From contig JBBEBM010000078.1 of assembly GCA_040882355.1 (NCBI GenBank), positions 1 to 55,624 of the forward strand: a DNA stretch of 55,624 bases, in the 5' to 3' direction. Position numbers and translations under genes: made by a program. Numbering within the stretch: the stretch's first letter is position 1; each line of letters starts with the position of its first letter. Below, piece by piece: positions 35,448-44,365 of the stretch. Origin of the DNA: Dehalococcoidia bacterium (GTDB lineage Bacteria > Chloroflexota > Dehalococcoidia > DSTF01 > RBG-16-68-14). Under the pieces are notes generated by a model, which was not told where the DNA came from, made no database searches, and saw only the letters and a program-made list of their open reading frames with translations.

Positions 35448-37031
35448 ATGTTGAACAAAGTCCTCGTAGCAGTCTCGTTGGTCGCGGGCATCGCGTTTCT
35501 GGCCCTGGGCCAGGGATGGTTGAGCAACGCGCATGCCGGAGGCGGGCCGCTCGCCTACATCTCGAACACGAGCTCGGACGATGTCTGGGTCGTCGATTTG
35601 GACAGCGCGTCGGTAGTGGCGGTGGTGCCGGTGGGCGACGACCCGCGCGGCATCGACATCACGCCGGACAACAGCCGCGTCTACGTGGCGAACCGGTTTG
35701 ATAACACGATCTCGGCGATCGACACGTCGAGCAACACTGTCGCGCAGACCATCGACCTCGACGCCAGCGCGCTGGTGAGCGCCACCGAACCATACGATGT
35801 TGTGGTCAGCCCGGACGGTGGGCACCTGTACGTTGCCATGAAGAACGGCGGCAGCGAGAACGGCGACGGTACTGTCGTTGTCGTGGAGCTTCCCGCCGGC
35901 AACGTTATCGCGGAAGAGGTCCTCGACAGCAGCGCTTCGCCTGAAGGCATCGTCGTCACGCCGGACGGCCAGAAGGTCTACGTCGCCGGCCGCGGGGACA
36001 TGTACGTCGTAGACGTCTCGAACCCGGTCGCGCCTAACTTCACTGGCACGGCCGGCAGTGCTGAGCGCGAGCTCGTGGTCTCCCCGGATGGTGCGTTCGT
36101 CTTCGCCGAAGACAACGCTGTCGATACCAGCGACGACTCGGTAAGCTCCCTGAACGACGCCCTGGGCGAGCGCGGGGTCGCCATCTCCCCCGACGGCCAG
36201 ACGATCTTTACAACGGACGAGGACACGTACGTGGAGGTCTATTCCGTCGATGCGGGGCCGCCGCCCGACACCACGTTCCTCCAGACCATCGACGACACGG
36301 ACGAGAGCGAGTCCTACGGCATCGATCTGACGGACGAAGGCGATCGCGGGATGGTCTCGTATCGCGGGTCGAATACCGTCCGCATCTTCGACACCGCGAC
36401 GCTCAGCTTCACCGGCAGCGCGATCCCGATGGAGTTCGATCCCGGGACGGGCATGATCTTCGGCAGCGAACCGAAGCAGCTCGTCATCACCCACAGCCCC
36501 GCGCCGCCGACGGCCGACCTCAGCGTGACGAAGACCGCCGCGGACGCGGACGGCGAAGACCTGATCTACACGATCACCGTGACGAACAATGGGCCGGACA
36601 CCGCGACCGGTGTCCAGGTCGTCGACCCGCTGCCGGATGGTGTGGACCTTGTCTCGGCGACGCCGAGCCAGGGGACCTGCGCGGAGGCGGCTGCCACCGT
36701 CACGTGCGACATCGGCACCCTGGACAACGGAGCCTCGGCAACGATCGAGATCCTCGTCACGCCGACGGTCGAGGGCGTGCTCTCCAACACCGCCACGGTC
36801 ACTGGCAGCGAGGAGGATCCGGACTCCTCGAACGACAGTGCGGTGGCCGACGTCAACGTGGGACCGGGCGGGACGGTGACGCCTCTCACGCCGACGACCG
36901 TAGCCCTCCCGGAGACCGGCGGGGCCGGCGCAGCCACTGACGCGAGCTCATGGTGGGTGATGATCGCTGGCGTGGCATTCGCGGCCGCCGCGGCGGCCTG
37001 CGCGATGACTGCACTCCAGCGCCGCCGCTAG
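35448..37031 (+). CDS. Surface protein: YVTN-type beta-propeller, DUF11-like Ig domain, LPETG sorting signal
   Basis: Signal peptide, repeated (T/S)PDG..VYVA, ADLSVTKT...YTITVTNNGPDTA, LPETG-TM-RRR. Confidence 0.88.
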   Translation: MLNKVLVAVSLVAGIAFLALGQGWLSNAHAGGGPLAYISNTSSDDVWVVDLDSASVVAVVPVGDDPRGIDITPDNSRVYVANRFDNTISAIDTSSNTVAQTIDLDASALVSATEPYDVVVSPDGGHLYVAMKNGGSENGDGTVVVVELPAGNVIAEEVLDSSASPEGIVVTPDGQKVYVAGRGDMYVVDVSNPVAPNFTGTAGSAERELVVSPDGAFVFAEDNAVDTSDDSVSSLNDALGERGVAISPDGQTIFTTDEDTYVEVYSVDAGPPPDTTFLQTIDDTDESESYGIDLTDEGDRGMVSYRGSNTVRIFDTATLSFTGSAIPMEFDPGTGMIFGSEPKQLVITHSPAPPTADLSVTKTAADADGEDLIYTITVTNNGPDTATGVQVVDPLPDGVDLVSATPSQGTCAEAAATVTCDIGTLDNGASATIEILVTPTVEGVLSNTATVTGSEEDPDSSNDSAVADVNVGPGGTVTPLTPTTVALPETGGAGAATDASSWWVMIAGVAFAAAAAACAMTALQRRR

Positions 37032-37055
37032 CCACGCAGCGCTCAGGAGTAACAC

Positions 37056-37090
37056 AGAGACGCTCGCCCCTCCTGGGGCGGGCGTCTCTT
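37056..37090 (+). terminator. Hairpin terminator
   Basis: AGAGACGCTCGCCCC-TCCT-GGGGCGGGCGTCTCT. Confidence 0.7.
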
Positions 37091-37157
37091 ACCATCCGGG
37101 CTTAAGTGGGGCTTCAGCTCTCCCGCGACGCGTCTCAGCAGCATGCGCTGCCCTCGA

Positions 37158-37182
37158 TAGCCCAGGCCTTCAGCCTGGGCGG
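37158..37182 (+). repeat. REP-like hairpin
   Basis: TAGCCCAGGC-CTTCA-GCCTGGGCGG. Confidence 0.65.
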
Positions 37183-37327
37183 CGAACATCGGTCAACCGA
37201 TATGCAACGGAACAACGGACGCAGTCCAGCGCCTCTAGGTGGCCTGCAACAATTCCCGGTTGTCTTGGGTCGCATAGGTGATGGACGGTGCCGGAGGACG
37301 AGATTGACTGGCCTGCCTCAAGGGGCC

Positions 37328-37378
37328 AGATGCTTCGCGGAGTCTATCCGGAGCGGCAGCGAAGGGCTCAGCATGACA
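37328..37378 (+). repeat. Expanded copy of the AGATTCTTCG...CTCAGAATGACA repeat
   Basis: AGATGCTTCGC[GGAGTCTATCCGGAGCGGCAGCGAAGG]GCTCAGCATGACA. Confidence 0.65.
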
Positions 37379-37416
37379 TAGGGGCGCCATCCGCCTATCC
37401 GTTTCCTATCCGTTGA

Positions 37417-38112
37417 TTACCCCAGCAGCGCCCGCAGCACCGCGTCCGTGTCCGAGAGGTCGTCCAGCGCGATGTCGGCGCCGCACATGCGCAGGCGCTC
37501 GGCGTCCACGGGCCCCGTTGCGACGGCCAGGCAGAGGGCGTCGTTCGCCTGCGCCGCGGCGATGTCGAGCGGTGTGTCGCCGATCACCCACACCGAGCGC
37601 GGGTCGACAGGGGCGCCGTTCGCGACGCGTTGGATGGCGATGCGCACCATCTCGCCGCGGTCCTCTGCGTCATCGCCGAAGCCGCCCTGGGTGAGATGCG
37701 CGTCGAGCGAGAAGTGGCGCAGCTTCATAAAGCAGGCCTCGCGGAAGTTGCCCGTCGCCAGGCCGAGGCGCGCCTCGTCGCGGGTCGAGAGCGCGTCGAG
37801 CAACTCCGCCACGCCGGGCATCGCGCGACCGCCGTCGGCCTCGTGGAGCGCGTCGGCGAGCAGCGCGTAGTACGTCTCCTGGAAGCGGGGTAGCTCGACG
37901 AGGAAGGCGTCGTCGTCGCCGTCAAGCAGTTCGTGGGCGAGCATGGCGTCGCGCAGGATCGCCCAGTCGGTGCGCCCGGAGAACTCGACGCGGGCGAAGC
38001 CGTCCTCGATGCCGTAGAGCTGATGGAAGGCGCGCCGCATCGCCAGGCTGCCGGCGCCGCCCGAGTAGAGCAGCGTGTTGTCGACGTCGAAGAGCAGGAT
38101 GGTGTCGCGCAG
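37417..38112 (-). CDS. HAD family hydrolase (probable CTG start)
   Basis: LLFDVDNTL motif I lies upstream of the first ATG. ATGN and VIGDTPLD motifs; GGAGG 6 nt before CTG. Confidence 0.88.
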   Translation of the reverse strand: MRDTILLFDVDNTLLYSGGAGSLAMRRAFHQLYGIEDGFARVEFSGRTDWAILRDAMLAHELLDGDDDAFLVELPRFQETYYALLADALHEADGGRAMPGVAELLDALSTRDEARLGLATGNFREACFMKLRHFSLDAHLTQGGFGDDAEDRGEMVRIAIQRVANGAPVDPRSVWVIGDTPLDIAAAQANDALCLAVATGPVDAERLRMCGADIALDDLSDTDAVLRALLG

Positions 38113-38193
38113 AATCGGCCTCCGCTCTCAGGTTACGGCACGGCGCGTGCGCGGCGCCACGAAGGACGCGCAGCCTGTGCTAACCTCAGCGCG

Positions 38194-38835
38194 ATGAGAC
38201 CCGCTGACCCCAACCGCGACTACCGACCGCTGGTCAGGAACACCTACGACCGGATCGCTGCGGACTTCAATGGCGCGCGCGTGTCCGAGTCGGCCGGTGA
38301 GCTGGCGCCGCTGCTGGCCGTCCTCCCGGCCGGCGCGACAGTGCTCGACCTCGGCTGCGGGAACGGCGTCCCCATCGCGCGCACGCTGTCGGCGTCGCAT
38401 ACGGTCATCGGCGTCGACTTCTCGGGCGGGCAGCTCGCACTCGCGCGAAAGCAGGCGCCGAAGGCGGGCCTGGTCCATGCCGACATGGCGCGCTGCGCGT
38501 TTCGGCGAGCGTCGCTCGACGCCGTCGTCAGCTTCTACGCCATCTTCCACCTGCCGCTGTCCGAGCACAGGCCGCTGATCTCGCGGGTCAGCGAATGGCT
38601 GAAGCCGGGCGGCTACCTGCTGGCCACGTTCAGCCCGGATCGACAGGAGGGCTACACGGAAGACTTCTTCGGCGGCGAGATGTACTGGAGCAACCTCAGC
38701 CTGCCGGAGTACCGGGCGCTGTTGCTGGCGAGCGGCTTCGAGATCCTGAGCGACAGTGTCGTGGGGCACGGCTATGCCGACGAGGCCGCCCGCCCCGAGC
38801 ATCACCCGCTCATCTTCGCGAGGAAGGCCCGGTAG
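38194..38835 (+). CDS. Class I SAM-dependent methyltransferase
   Basis: VLDLGCGNG, GVDFS, ADM, FYAIFHLP, LKPGG. Confidence 0.92.
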   Translation: MRPADPNRDYRPLVRNTYDRIAADFNGARVSESAGELAPLLAVLPAGATVLDLGCGNGVPIARTLSASHTVIGVDFSGGQLALARKQAPKAGLVHADMARCAFRRASLDAVVSFYAIFHLPLSEHRPLISRVSEWLKPGGYLLATFSPDRQEGYTEDFFGGEMYWSNLSLPEYRALLLASGFEILSDSVVGHGYADEAARPEHHPLIFARKAR

Positions 38836-38850
38836 CAGGGGGCGCTGTCG

Positions 38851-39735
38851 TCAGCAGGCGAGACCCCAGACCAGGAGGTCGGGCGTCTTGATCAGCGTTG
38901 AGAAGCCGGCGACCGTCGGGTCCGCGCAAACCGCGTCGCGGAGCGCCTCACCGTCCTCCTCCTCATCGACGTACTCGACGTGGAAGACGGCCTTGCCCGC
39001 ATCGATGAACGGCGCGAGCGCCCCGCACTCCTCGTAGGCGACGCACTCCTCGTTGAGCGCCCAGTCGAACGACGGCACGAGCGCGTCCACCAGCCCGAGC
39101 GCGTTCTTCAGCCCGACGGAGAGCCCTCGAGCGTGCGCCGCGTCAGCCAGGAAGCGGTTGAAGTCGAGCTGGTCGGCCTCCGCCAGATCGAAGCCGTTGT
39201 TGTTGTCGTACGCGTCGACGTTGTCCGGCTCGACGGCGTCGCAGCCCTTCGCGACGGCCATGTCGAGGCGCTGCTCCGTGATCCGCCGCACGTTCGACGA
39301 ACGCACGTCGAGCCAGCGTTCGTCCGGCCAGTTTTCGAGCTGCTCGCCGGCGTCGTCAGGCGCGAACTCGCCCTCGTCCGGGCGCCCTTCCTCCAGGCTG
39401 CCCGCCGAGAAGTAGCAGATCACCGTGCGCCCCTCAGCGTGGAGCGCGTCGATCGTCGCCTGCGGCACGTCGAAGAGGTCGATGTCGTACGCTGCGACGT
39501 CCAGCGACGTATCGATGTCGCCCTGGAGCTGCCACTGCCACGTCGTGCCCGGCCCCGGCGACCACACCCCGCCCGCGGGTGGTGCCGTTGGAGGCTCGGT
39601 CGGCCCGGCTGTCGGGCGCTCGACGGTCGGCGAGGGCTCCGGCCCGGCGTCCTCGTCGTCGCAGGCGAGGCCGATCACGAGTAGCGCGGCAGCGAGCGCC
39701 GCTGTGAGGAGGCGGAGTGCGCGTGTGCTGGCCAC
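38851..39735 (-). CDS. Endo-alpha-1,4-polygalactosaminidase (GH114-like) lipoprotein
   Basis: Lipobox GLAC, WQWQL, YDIDLFD, ICYFSAGS, DAVEPDNVD, GLKN, NEEC. Confidence 0.92.
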   Translation of the reverse strand: MASTRALRLLTAALAAALLVIGLACDDEDAGPEPSPTVERPTAGPTEPPTAPPAGGVWSPGPGTTWQWQLQGDIDTSLDVAAYDIDLFDVPQATIDALHAEGRTVICYFSAGSLEEGRPDEGEFAPDDAGEQLENWPDERWLDVRSSNVRRITEQRLDMAVAKGCDAVEPDNVDAYDNNNGFDLAEADQLDFNRFLADAAHARGLSVGLKNALGLVDALVPSFDWALNEECVAYEECGALAPFIDAGKAVFHVEYVDEEEDGEALRDAVCADPTVAGFSTLIKTPDLLVWGLAC

Positions 39736-39774
39736 GCCCGCATTCTAGCGCGAGACGCCGCGGAACGCGGTTCG

Positions 39775-39995
39775 GTAGCGGCGACCTTCAGCGCCTGCCC
39801 TGAGCCTGTCGAAGGGTCGCCACCAGCGCTGTGTGGGAGATTTCGCATCCCCCGCGACGCGACATCGCCGCCGCTAGCGTCCTGCGCCTCGCGAGCCACG
39901 TCGTTCTTGGGAAGCTGAGGGTTTCCAACCCTCAGACGTCCAACTTCCTCCGCACGCCGCCGTGAACGACCGTAGCTGCAGACCTTCAGGTCTGC
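39775..39995. repeat. Cluster of REP-like hairpins (one nested)
   Basis: GTAGCGGCGACC[...]GGTCGCC (39775-39821), CTGAGGGTTTCCAACCCTCAGAC (39915-39937), GTAGCTGCAGACCTTCAGGTCTGC (39972-39995). Confidence 0.75.
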
Positions 39996-40029
39996 TCGGT
40001 CTAACGCTGTCGTCTCAGCCGATTCGTCA

Positions 40030-40058
40030 ATCTGTGCCAATCTGTGTCAATCTGTGGC
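40030..40058. repeat. Decamer tandem repeat (ATCTGTG core x3)
   Basis: ATCTGTGCCAATCTGTGTCAATCTGTGGC. Confidence 0.75.
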
Positions 40059-40085
40059 TGACAACTGCCTCAGGAGGGAACCGCC

Positions 40086-41038
40086 ATGCTCAAGACACGC
40101 CTCTGCGAGCTGCTCGACATCGAGCACCCGATCATCCTCGCCGCGATGGGCTCGGCCACGTCCGCGAGCTTCGCCGCCGCCGCGTCGAACGCCGGCGCCC
40201 TCGGCAGCATCGGCACGCTGCTGCGACCGCCCGCCGACATCAAGCGCGACCTCGACATGATCGGCGACCTCACCCAGCGCCCATTCGCCGTCAACCACAC
40301 GCCGCCGCTCTTCGACGAAGCGATGTTCCAGGCGTCGCTCGACCTCAAGCCCGCCTTGTCTCGTTCGCGCTCGGCGACCCGGGCGACCTCGTCCGGCGCG
40401 CGCACGACGTCGGTTCGAAGGTGATGCTCCAGGTGACGACCGTCTCGCAGGCGGTCGAGGCCGTCGAGCGCGGCGTCGACATCATCATCGCGCAGGGCGG
40501 CGAGGCGGGCGGCTACGGCGGCGTCGTCAGCACGATGACGCTCGTGCCGCAGGTCGTCGACGCCGTCGCGCCGCTGCCGGTCGTCGCCGCCGGCGGCATC
40601 TTCGATGGGCGCGGCCTCGCGGCGGCGCTGATGCTGGGCGCTGTTGGCGTCAACATGGGCACGCGCTTCCTCGCGTCGAAGGAGGCGCCGATCGAGGACG
40701 GCTGGCAGCAGGCGATCCTCGACGCCCGCTCCGAGGACACCCTCAAGGCCGAGGCCATGAACGACATCAACCCGCTGCCAGGCACCGCCGGCTACGGCAC
40801 CGTGCTGCGTTCGATCAAAACGCCGTTCCTGGAGGAGTGGAACGCCAGGCCCGGCGAAGTCGCCAGCGAGCGCAAGCGGCTCCAGGCGGAGATCCGCGAC
40901 GCCGTCATGTCGGGCCGCCGCCACGAGATCGTGCTCACCGCCGGCCAGACCGCCGGCGCCATCACCGACGTCCTCCCCGTCGCGGACATCATCCAGCGCG
41001 TGGTGCAGGAGGCGGAAGCGGCGCTAGGGGGCGGGTGA
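40086..41038 (+). pseudogene. Nitronate monooxygenase/FabK family flavoprotein with a 1-nt frameshift near 40355
   Basis: MLKTRLCELLDIEHPII...AGALG in one frame; VSFALGDP...IAQGGEAGG...AAGGI.DGRG...MGTRF in another. May be a sequencing error. Confidence 0.8.
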
Positions 41039-41165
41039 GACGGGTAGCCTTGGTCGGGCTCGCCGCTGTCGCCGGGGGCGTCCGGGCGCGGCGGCCCCGC
41101 CGAACGCTAGCATCAAGCAGATTCTCGTGACCACAGATTGCTATGCGACCCGCGCATGCTGGGCG

Positions 41166-41939
41166 TCAAGTCGTATTATTCGAGTCTAACCTAGCATGCC
41201 TCACGCGTTCCCCTAGTTCGTCCCGTCTGGAGATGGAGTCACGCGCTGTCTGCAAATCCCAAAGGTCATCTGCTTCGAGCTTCACGACAGTGTACTTCTC
41301 CTGTCGGGTCTGGAGCGCTATGGACGAAGAGGCTGCCTTGCCAAAGGAGAAAGGAGTCGCGAGGACGAATACGTCACCGCCGGCAAACTGGGTTTCCTTC
41401 GCAGTGTAAGACTCGATGGTCTCAAGAAGAGCCCGTACACGATAGATGCTGGGAGGGTTGTCGCAGACAAGGTTGATCGCGACTTCAAAGTTTCCATGAA
41501 GCGTCTCCAGTTGCGCGTACACATCGGGAGTATACTCAACACCCTCCGCCCCCTCCAGATCTTCTCCGATGGAGACCTTGTATCCCCACTCCTCCAGCCA
41601 GGCACGAAAGTGTGATTCCAAGTACACGTGGCGTATCAGGACTTCGGGCTCCAACCGCTCAGGAGGCGTGCTGGCGAATTCCTCTTCGGGCACCTCGAAC
41701 CACCGCGCGAGATTCCTTCGCGTCATCTCGGTGTCCAGGAATGGCCCGCGCTGTTCGCTCAATGCCTTCTCGGCAATCGACGCTACCTTGTCGCTACTGA
41801 GGGCGGAGTCTGGAAAGGACGTTGAGGCCTTCTGGAACCAGGCGACGAGTTGGTCAGCTGTTAGTTCAGTGGTCCTTCCCGCCATCGCGCCAGTCAGGGC
41901 GGACATAGCGGATTGGATGACATCGTCGTTACCCACCAT
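41166..41939 (-). CDS. Hypothetical protein with an Mrr-like restriction-endonuclease-fold C-terminal half
   Basis: LE..F..WL...GYKV...G..G.EYTPDVYA, VLATPFSF, KLEADDL. Lower GC; AGAAAGG RBS before MVGNDD. Confidence 0.6.
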   Translation of the reverse strand: MVGNDDVIQSAMSALTGAMAGRTTELTADQLVAWFQKASTSFPDSALSSDKVASIAEKALSEQRGPFLDTEMTRRNLARWFEVPEEEFASTPPERLEPEVLIRHVYLESHFRAWLEEWGYKVSIGEDLEGAEGVEYTPDVYAQLETLHGNFEVAINLVCDNPPSIYRVRALLETIESYTAKETQFAGGDVFVLATPFSFGKAASSSIALQTRQEKYTVVKLEADDLWDLQTARDSISRRDELGERVRHARLDSNNTT

Positions 41940-42258
41940 GATTGCCAACCTTTCTGCTCGTTGGGTAGTAGCTGACGGCACCTCCGTATAGCACGCAAGG
42001 CATTGATTGGTCAAGCACCCGAGGAGGCGTTCGGTCTGCTGTGCGCGGTTGGTGTGACGCGGCACTTCGCCGTACTGCAGCACCGACGTCGCGAAGCTGA
42101 CCTACGCCACCCTTACTATCCGTTCGGGTATTCGGCGCGACAGATATGGAAACGTTCTTCGATTTCCATTGGTCAACCAACCGGGATTTTGCGATCACTG
42201 CTTCTGCAAGCTCGGTCGCATCTCCGCCATGTGTCCACCTTCGAACCCGCGCCGTGGT

Positions 42259-42753
42259 CTAGGAGTCACCCAGTTGGGCCTTGTGGTCCACCAGCGTCTC
42301 AATGTCCTTGATCAGGGATCGGAGCATGTCGACGTTCTCCAGTTGAGTGTCCTTGTGCCCGAGGCTCTTCCTGATCTCCAACAGTAGTTGCCCCCACAGC
42401 AACAATACCTTGCGTCCCTGCTCGACACTGTCGCCTCCCATCCTGTAGATGTACTGCTGAAGTTCGTTGTACGCTCGCGCTGCGTTGTCCGGCGCCACCA
42501 TCATGAAATCGAATGCCGTTGCTTTGTACTCTGGCGCACTCATGATCCTGATGGCCTCGTCTGCGCCCGCACCTTGGGGACTCGAAAAGACGTGGTAGTA
42601 CGGCTTCATCAACTCGCCGTACACTCTACGGATATCGCCGGACAGTCGCGCTTCGGCTTCACGAGCCTCTTGGAATCGGTTGTTGATCCAAGCGCCAATG
42701 ATGCCACCGATGAGCAGGAACAATGGGCTGACGACTATGGCGATCCATCCCAT
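42259..42753 (-). CDS. Hypothetical N-terminal TM helical protein (lower GC)
   Basis: GGGAGG RBS; TM followed by a helical domain ending LLLEIRKSLG. Confidence 0.75.
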   Translation of the reverse strand: MGWIAIVVSPLFLLIGGIIGAWINNRFQEAREAEARLSGDIRRVYGELMKPYYHVFSSPQGAGADEAIRIMSAPEYKATAFDFMMVAPDNAARAYNELQQYIYRMGGDSVEQGRKVLLLWGQLLLEIRKSLGHKDTQLENVDMLRSLIKDIETLVDHKAQLGDS

Positions 42754-43035
42754 GCGAGGAACCTCCCTCTTAGACCGGAGATCGCGACCTCCAAGTCATT
42801 GCCCTCAGGCCGGCCGAAGTCTAGCACGCCACGGGCCGTGGTGGGCAAGCCTCCCGCGGGGCTGGAGGGGTGTGCTGGCCCTCGCCGGTCACTGGCAGGG
42901 CCTTGGCAAGATTGCTGCCGCTGATCGCCTTAACGGGGTCCGGCGTCTCTCAGCAGTAGCCACTTCGCAGGGTCGGCAGTCCGCATCGCAGCGCACGGCC
43001 TGACTCCGTCCCCTGCTATACTGCCCTCCATCGCC

Positions 43036-43977
43036 ATGGAAACGTCGCTGCGCGGCCGGGACCTGATCTCTATCGCCGACCTGAGCGCGGACGAGCTGGA
43101 GCGCCTGCTCCACACCGCCCTCCAGCTCAAGCGCGAGGGCTGGCCACGCGCCCTCGAAGGCCAGACGGTCGCGCTCATCTTCGAGAAGCCGTCGCTGCGC
43201 ACCCGCGTCAGCTTCGAGGTGGCGATGCGACAGCTCGGCGGCGACGGCATCTACCTCAACCAGGCGGAGGTCGGCCTCGGCCAGCGCGAGTCCGTCGCCG
43301 ATGTGGCGCGCGTGCTCGAGCGCTACGTGCAGGGCATCGTCGCGCGCACCTATGAGCACCAGACGCTGCTCGACCTCGCCGAACACGCGTCGGTGCCCGT
43401 GATCAACGCCCTCTCCGACGAAGAGCACCCCTGCCAGGCGCTCGCCGACCTGCTCACGATCGTCGAACGCAAGGGCGCCCTCCGCGACGTGCGTATCGCC
43501 TTCGTCGGCGACGGTAACAACGTCGCGGCGTCGCTCGTGCAGGCGGCGACGATGGCCGGCGCGCAGTTCGTCATCGCCTCGCCGCCGGGCTACCGGCTGC
43601 CCGAAGAGATGGAGCTGCGCGCAGAGGAGCGCGCCCGCGAGCACGGCGGCTCGTTCCGAACGGTCGACACGCCGCAGCAGGCGGTCGAAGGCGCGGACGT
43701 CGTCTACACCGACGTCTGGACCAGCATGGGGCAGGAGGTGAGCCACGCGCAGCGGCTGCTCGCCTTCGAGGGCTTCCAGGTGACGCCGGACCTGATGTCG
43801 CAGGCGAAGCCCGACGCCATCTTTATGCACGATCTGCCGGCGCACCGCGGCGAAGAGACGGTGGACGCCGTGATCGAGGGCGCGCAGTCCGTCGTGTTCG
43901 ACCAGGCGGAGAACCGCCTGCACGCCCAGCGAGCCGTCTTGCTGCTTCTGTTAGGTGAGGGCGAGAGTCACCCGTAG
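43036..43977 (+). CDS. argF: Ornithine carbamoyltransferase
   Basis: FEKPSLRTR, HPCQALAD, GDGNNV, DVWTSMG, HDLP, QAENR. Confidence 0.92.
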   Translation: METSLRGRDLISIADLSADELERLLHTALQLKREGWPRALEGQTVALIFEKPSLRTRVSFEVAMRQLGGDGIYLNQAEVGLGQRESVADVARVLERYVQGIVARTYEHQTLLDLAEHASVPVINALSDEEHPCQALADLLTIVERKGALRDVRIAFVGDGNNVAASLVQAATMAGAQFVIASPPGYRLPEEMELRAEERAREHGGSFRTVDTPQQAVEGADVVYTDVWTSMGQEVSHAQRLLAFEGFQVTPDLMSQAKPDAIFMHDLPAHRGEETVDAVIEGAQSVVFDQAENRLHAQRAVLLLLLGEGESHP

Positions 43978-44018
43978 CCGCGCATGGCTCCCCAACACCC
44001 GTAGGCGAGGCTTTCCAG

Positions 44019-44028
44019 NNNNNNNNNN
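44019..44028. other. Scaffold gap (10 N)
   Basis: Run of N interrupting a REP copy. Confidence 1.
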
Positions 44029-44062
44029 CCGCGCCGCGTCGTCCCCCTCGGAAGCCCTCTTC

Positions 44063-44131
44063 GTAGGCGAGGCCTTCCCGCCGAGGGCGGCCTGCCCGAG
44101 GAGGGGTCCGCCTCAGGCGGAAGGCCTCCCG
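44063..44131 (+). repeat. REP hairpin with an internal insertion
   Basis: GTAGGCGAGGCCTTC[CCGCCGAGGGCGG...TCCGCCTCAGGCGGA]AGGCCTCCC versus the compact form at 7462-7486. Confidence 0.65.
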
Positions 44132-44180
44132 CGACGCCTCACGAGTAGACAGCGAGAGAGCTAGGTGAGTGGGTGACGAA

Positions 44181-44250
44181 AGATTCTTCGCTGCGCTCAG
44201 AATGACAGAAGGGCGCCCTCCCCTGTCACCCTGAGCGAAGCGAAGGGTCT
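44181..44250. repeat. Inverted doublet of the AGATTCTTCG...CTCAGAATGACA repeat
   Basis: AGATTCTTCGCTGCGCTCAGAATGACAG ... CTGTCACCCTGAGCGAAGCGAAGGGTCT forms a long imperfect hairpin. Confidence 0.8.
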
Positions 44251-44365
44251 TTCAGCGCACCCGCGCCGGACCTTGTGACCCGGACGCAGGCATTCCGGCC
44301 GTGGCCCGCACCCTAGGCGAGACCCCAACGTGAACGCGGGCGGGCGCACAATGTACACTGTACCC

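Noticed and set aside
41929..42198. 89-aa ORF or ncRNA between the two low-GC genes
   Set aside because: No RBS, motif or convincing structure; it overlaps the likely promoter of the downstream gene.
42754..43035. Riboswitch or T-box upstream of argF
   Set aside because: No recognisable aptamer, T-box or terminator; only a TATACT -10 box close to the start.
43978..44060. Biological meaning of the argF-cdaA adjacency
   Set aside because: A 10-N scaffold gap falls inside a REP copy, so distance and adjacency are uncertain.
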